64,000 nucleotides of DNA, taken from the IMG/VR virus record IMGVR_UViG_3300025035_000003, positions 1-64,000 of that record, one strand, 5' to 3'. Position numbers and translations under genes: made by a program. The number at the start of each line of letters is the position of its first letter. Position 1 is the first letter of the stretch. Shown one piece after another: positions 61,962 to 64,000 of the stretch. The stretch comes from a virus. A model generated the notes under the pieces. The model saw nothing but the letters and a program-made list of their open reading frames with translations, searched no databases and was not told where the DNA came from.

Positions 61962-62900
61962 TTATTGTGTTAACTTCTTAACTGAGGCTAATGTATTTGA
62001 TATTAGAGAAGAACTTGCCATAGAGTCATAGAACTCGTGGTCTGCTCTAATTTTATTGTGAAGTGCGGCTGTCTTCGTAGTAATGTCAGTTGCAAACTTA
62101 TCAGCACGTGTCTTCAATGAGACAAGAACATCTCGTGTAGTAGTATCGTTGATTTGGATATCTAGTAAATCTGTGATAGCTGAATGTGCTTTAGCATCAT
62201 TGATATCTCCGATTTCCTTAACAAGTTTAGACAATGTCTGAAACATGCTTTGGTAATCCCCTACTTGCTGTAATAAGCCTGAGAGGGCTAACTCATCATT
62301 CAGTTCTGATTTGAATGTCGGTAGATACGCTCCAAGCTGCTGAATGGTTTGCTTTGCAGCAAATATGGAAGCTTCTACCTTCATTAGTCTTGACTTGTAC
62401 TTAGTTAAATAAGTTCCTGCTTGAGTATGTGTAGAAAGGAGGCTTAGTGGGACTTCATTTGCGTCTTTGTATAGTTCTATTTTAGAAACTATATCTTCTT
62501 CTAGAGCTTGTAATTGTGTTATCTGCAGTTCAAGTACTTGCTTACCTTCTTGAAGTGCTGTACCTACTTCTACGAGTTTGTTGTACTTGACTTCTGTAGT
62601 AGTGAATAAGCGATCGAGTGTCGAGTATACAGATTGCATGCTAATAACAGAGTGCTCAGCTTTCTTTATCATGCTTCCTAGAAAACTAAAGTTTTTGGCT
62701 TTGTCTATTATAGAAGTGGCTGTAGATTTAACAGATACTTCCTCTAGCTGTTCTTGTAGGCGTAGAAAGCTTTCAGTAACTTCCTTTATTTCTAAGAGTT
62801 TAATATTCTCGTTAATAGTTTTGTTAGTGGTGTTAATGCGTGAAGTTATATTAGCTAACTCTTCCCCATAGGATATAGTGTGTGTTTTTAGTTCTGGCAT
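61962..62900 (-). CDS. TelA-like (toxic anion resistance) coiled-coil protein
   Basis: ISYGEEL start, long helical protein, QSVYSTLD segment; family call from memory. Confidence 0.5.
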   Translation of the reverse strand: MPELKTHTISYGEELANITSRINTTNKTINENIKLLEIKEVTESFLRLQEQLEEVSVKSTATSIIDKAKNFSFLGSMIKKAEHSVISMQSVYSTLDRLFTTTEVKYNKLVEVGTALQEGKQVLELQITQLQALEEDIVSKIELYKDANEVPLSLLSTHTQAGTYLTKYKSRLMKVEASIFAAKQTIQQLGAYLPTFKSELNDELALSGLLQQVGDYQSMFQTLSKLVKEIGDINDAKAHSAITDLLDIQINDTTTRDVLVSLKTRADKFATDITTKTAALHNKIRADHEFYDSMASSSLISNTLASVKKLTQ

Positions 62901-62903
62901 AGG

Positions 62904-63458
62904 TTAGTCCTGTGAGATATTGGTTACTTTGTGTATAAAAGCTTGTCTATTCTTGTAGATAATTCTACGGAATTTAGAATTGATCATTAGCTCTATAATG
63001 ATTAATGGTTTATGCCACCATTGCACACTAGTTGTGGCTATACCCCCAAAAGCTAAAGCGTTTAATAACGCAAATGTTAACCATGTGGGTAGTAAGTACA
63101 AGGAGCATATTGCTATACCTGCCCATAGTGCAACGCTAGCCCATGGAGTGTCTATGAGAGAAAGCACAGCTATAGAAGTAATAAGCAAACTCCCTAGTAT
63201 ACTTGGCCTATGTATAGCATCAAGGCGTGCTAGATCGTCTAATAGCAGGTCTCCTTCAGTTGTACGGCTAGCAGTGTATCTTGTATAATGTATTTCCTTC
63301 TCATATTGATAGTAGTACCCAGAAGTTCTATCAATATCCGACATGTCGTTAAACTTAAGGTACTTTAATAACTTCCTGCCTAAGCCTTTACTAACTTTTA
63401 TGTATCCCACAAAATACATTGTGAGTAAGTACTGACGTATTTGCGTGTTAGTTAACAT
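62904..63458 (-). CDS. Membrane protein
   Basis: Three to four hydrophobic segments in the C-terminal half. Confidence 0.6.
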   Translation of the reverse strand: MLTNTQIRQYLLTMYFVGYIKVSKGLGRKLLKYLKFNDMSDIDRTSGYYYQYEKEIHYTRYTASRTTEGDLLLDDLARLDAIHRPSILGSLLITSIAVLSLIDTPWASVALWAGIAICSLYLLPTWLTFALLNALAFGGIATTSVQWWHKPLIIIELMINSKFRRIIYKNRQAFIHKVTNISQD

Positions 63459-63999
63459 GTGTGGTTCTGTTTATATGACTTATTTTAGCATAAAGGGTAG
63501 GCTGGTGAACTCTAAGTAACTCTAGCATAGCTACAGCTGTTTCACGGATTTCTGCTTGAGCATGGCTATCAAGTCGAAGACGCAGAAAATTGGCTAATCC
63601 TTCAACTTCAAACATACAATAAAATTCAGTGTACGTTGTTTGAGGTAGAAAGCGTGACGCTATTTGAGTTTCCATACCTGCATCTATGCAGCTTTGGTAT
63701 TCATTTAAAGCGTGTGCAGAATCATATACGAATCCTACAGGAGACCAAAATTCAAATGGGATCTTAGCTCCTTTAGTGTATCTGCGAGACATCTCTAGGT
63801 AGGATGCTGAACGATGACGCATGAACTGTGAACGAACAAACATAGGTACTTTGATACGAAAACAAGCTATATTTTGGCTATGCGTACTTGCCACCTCATA
63901 TGGATATTGGTAATTATCCGCGTGCATGAAATTTCGCATATCATACCCTAATGGGCTGAAATAGTCATTACCAATTCTAATAAATTCCCAGAGCGATTC
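63448..63999 (-). CDS. thyX: Flavin-dependent thymidylate synthase, 5' end outside the window
   Basis: RHRSASYLEMSRRY motif, FLRLRLDSHAQAEIR; frame open to the window edge (ESLWEF). Confidence 0.9.
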   Translation of the reverse strand, partial: ESLWEFIRIGNDYFSPLGYDMRNFMHADNYQYPYEVASTHSQNIACFRIKVPMFVRSQFMRHRSASYLEMSRRYTKGAKIPFEFWSPVGFVYDSAHALNEYQSCIDAGMETQIASRFLPQTTYTEFYCMFEVEGLANFLRLRLDSHAQAEIRETAVAMLELLRVHQPTLYAKISHINRTTHVN

Positions 64000-64000
64000 A

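Overview
This 64 kb window is from an N4-like (Schitoviridae-type) phage genome. The + strand (1-21.6 kb) carries virion genes: a tail fibre with an exact 990-bp tandem repeat, probable ejection proteins, and a virion RNA polymerase split into four consecutive ORFs. The - strand (21.5-64 kb) carries replication, nucleotide metabolism and accessory genes: ligase, gmk, nrdAB, HU, SSB, RuvC, two helicases, primase, a split family A DNA polymerase, Nudix, phosphatases, RNA ligase, TelA, thyX and tRNAs. Three observations stand out. (1) A retron-type reverse transcriptase (48238-49296) is flanked by an array of four msr-msd-like ncRNA units, one upstream and three in tandem downstream. They share a covarying scaffold but carry different msd hairpins, and no effector gene is recognisable. 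(2) The four vRNAP fragments (4362 aa) contain only six cysteines, all at the facing termini, which suggests head-to-tail disulfide re-joining. (3) A ubiquitin-like conjugation operon (49-aa Gly-motif peptide, E1, E2-like, JAB) has its JAB gene split through the catalytic motif. Many accessory genes and tRNAs appear to be decaying. All annotations come from motif reading by eye; no searches were run.
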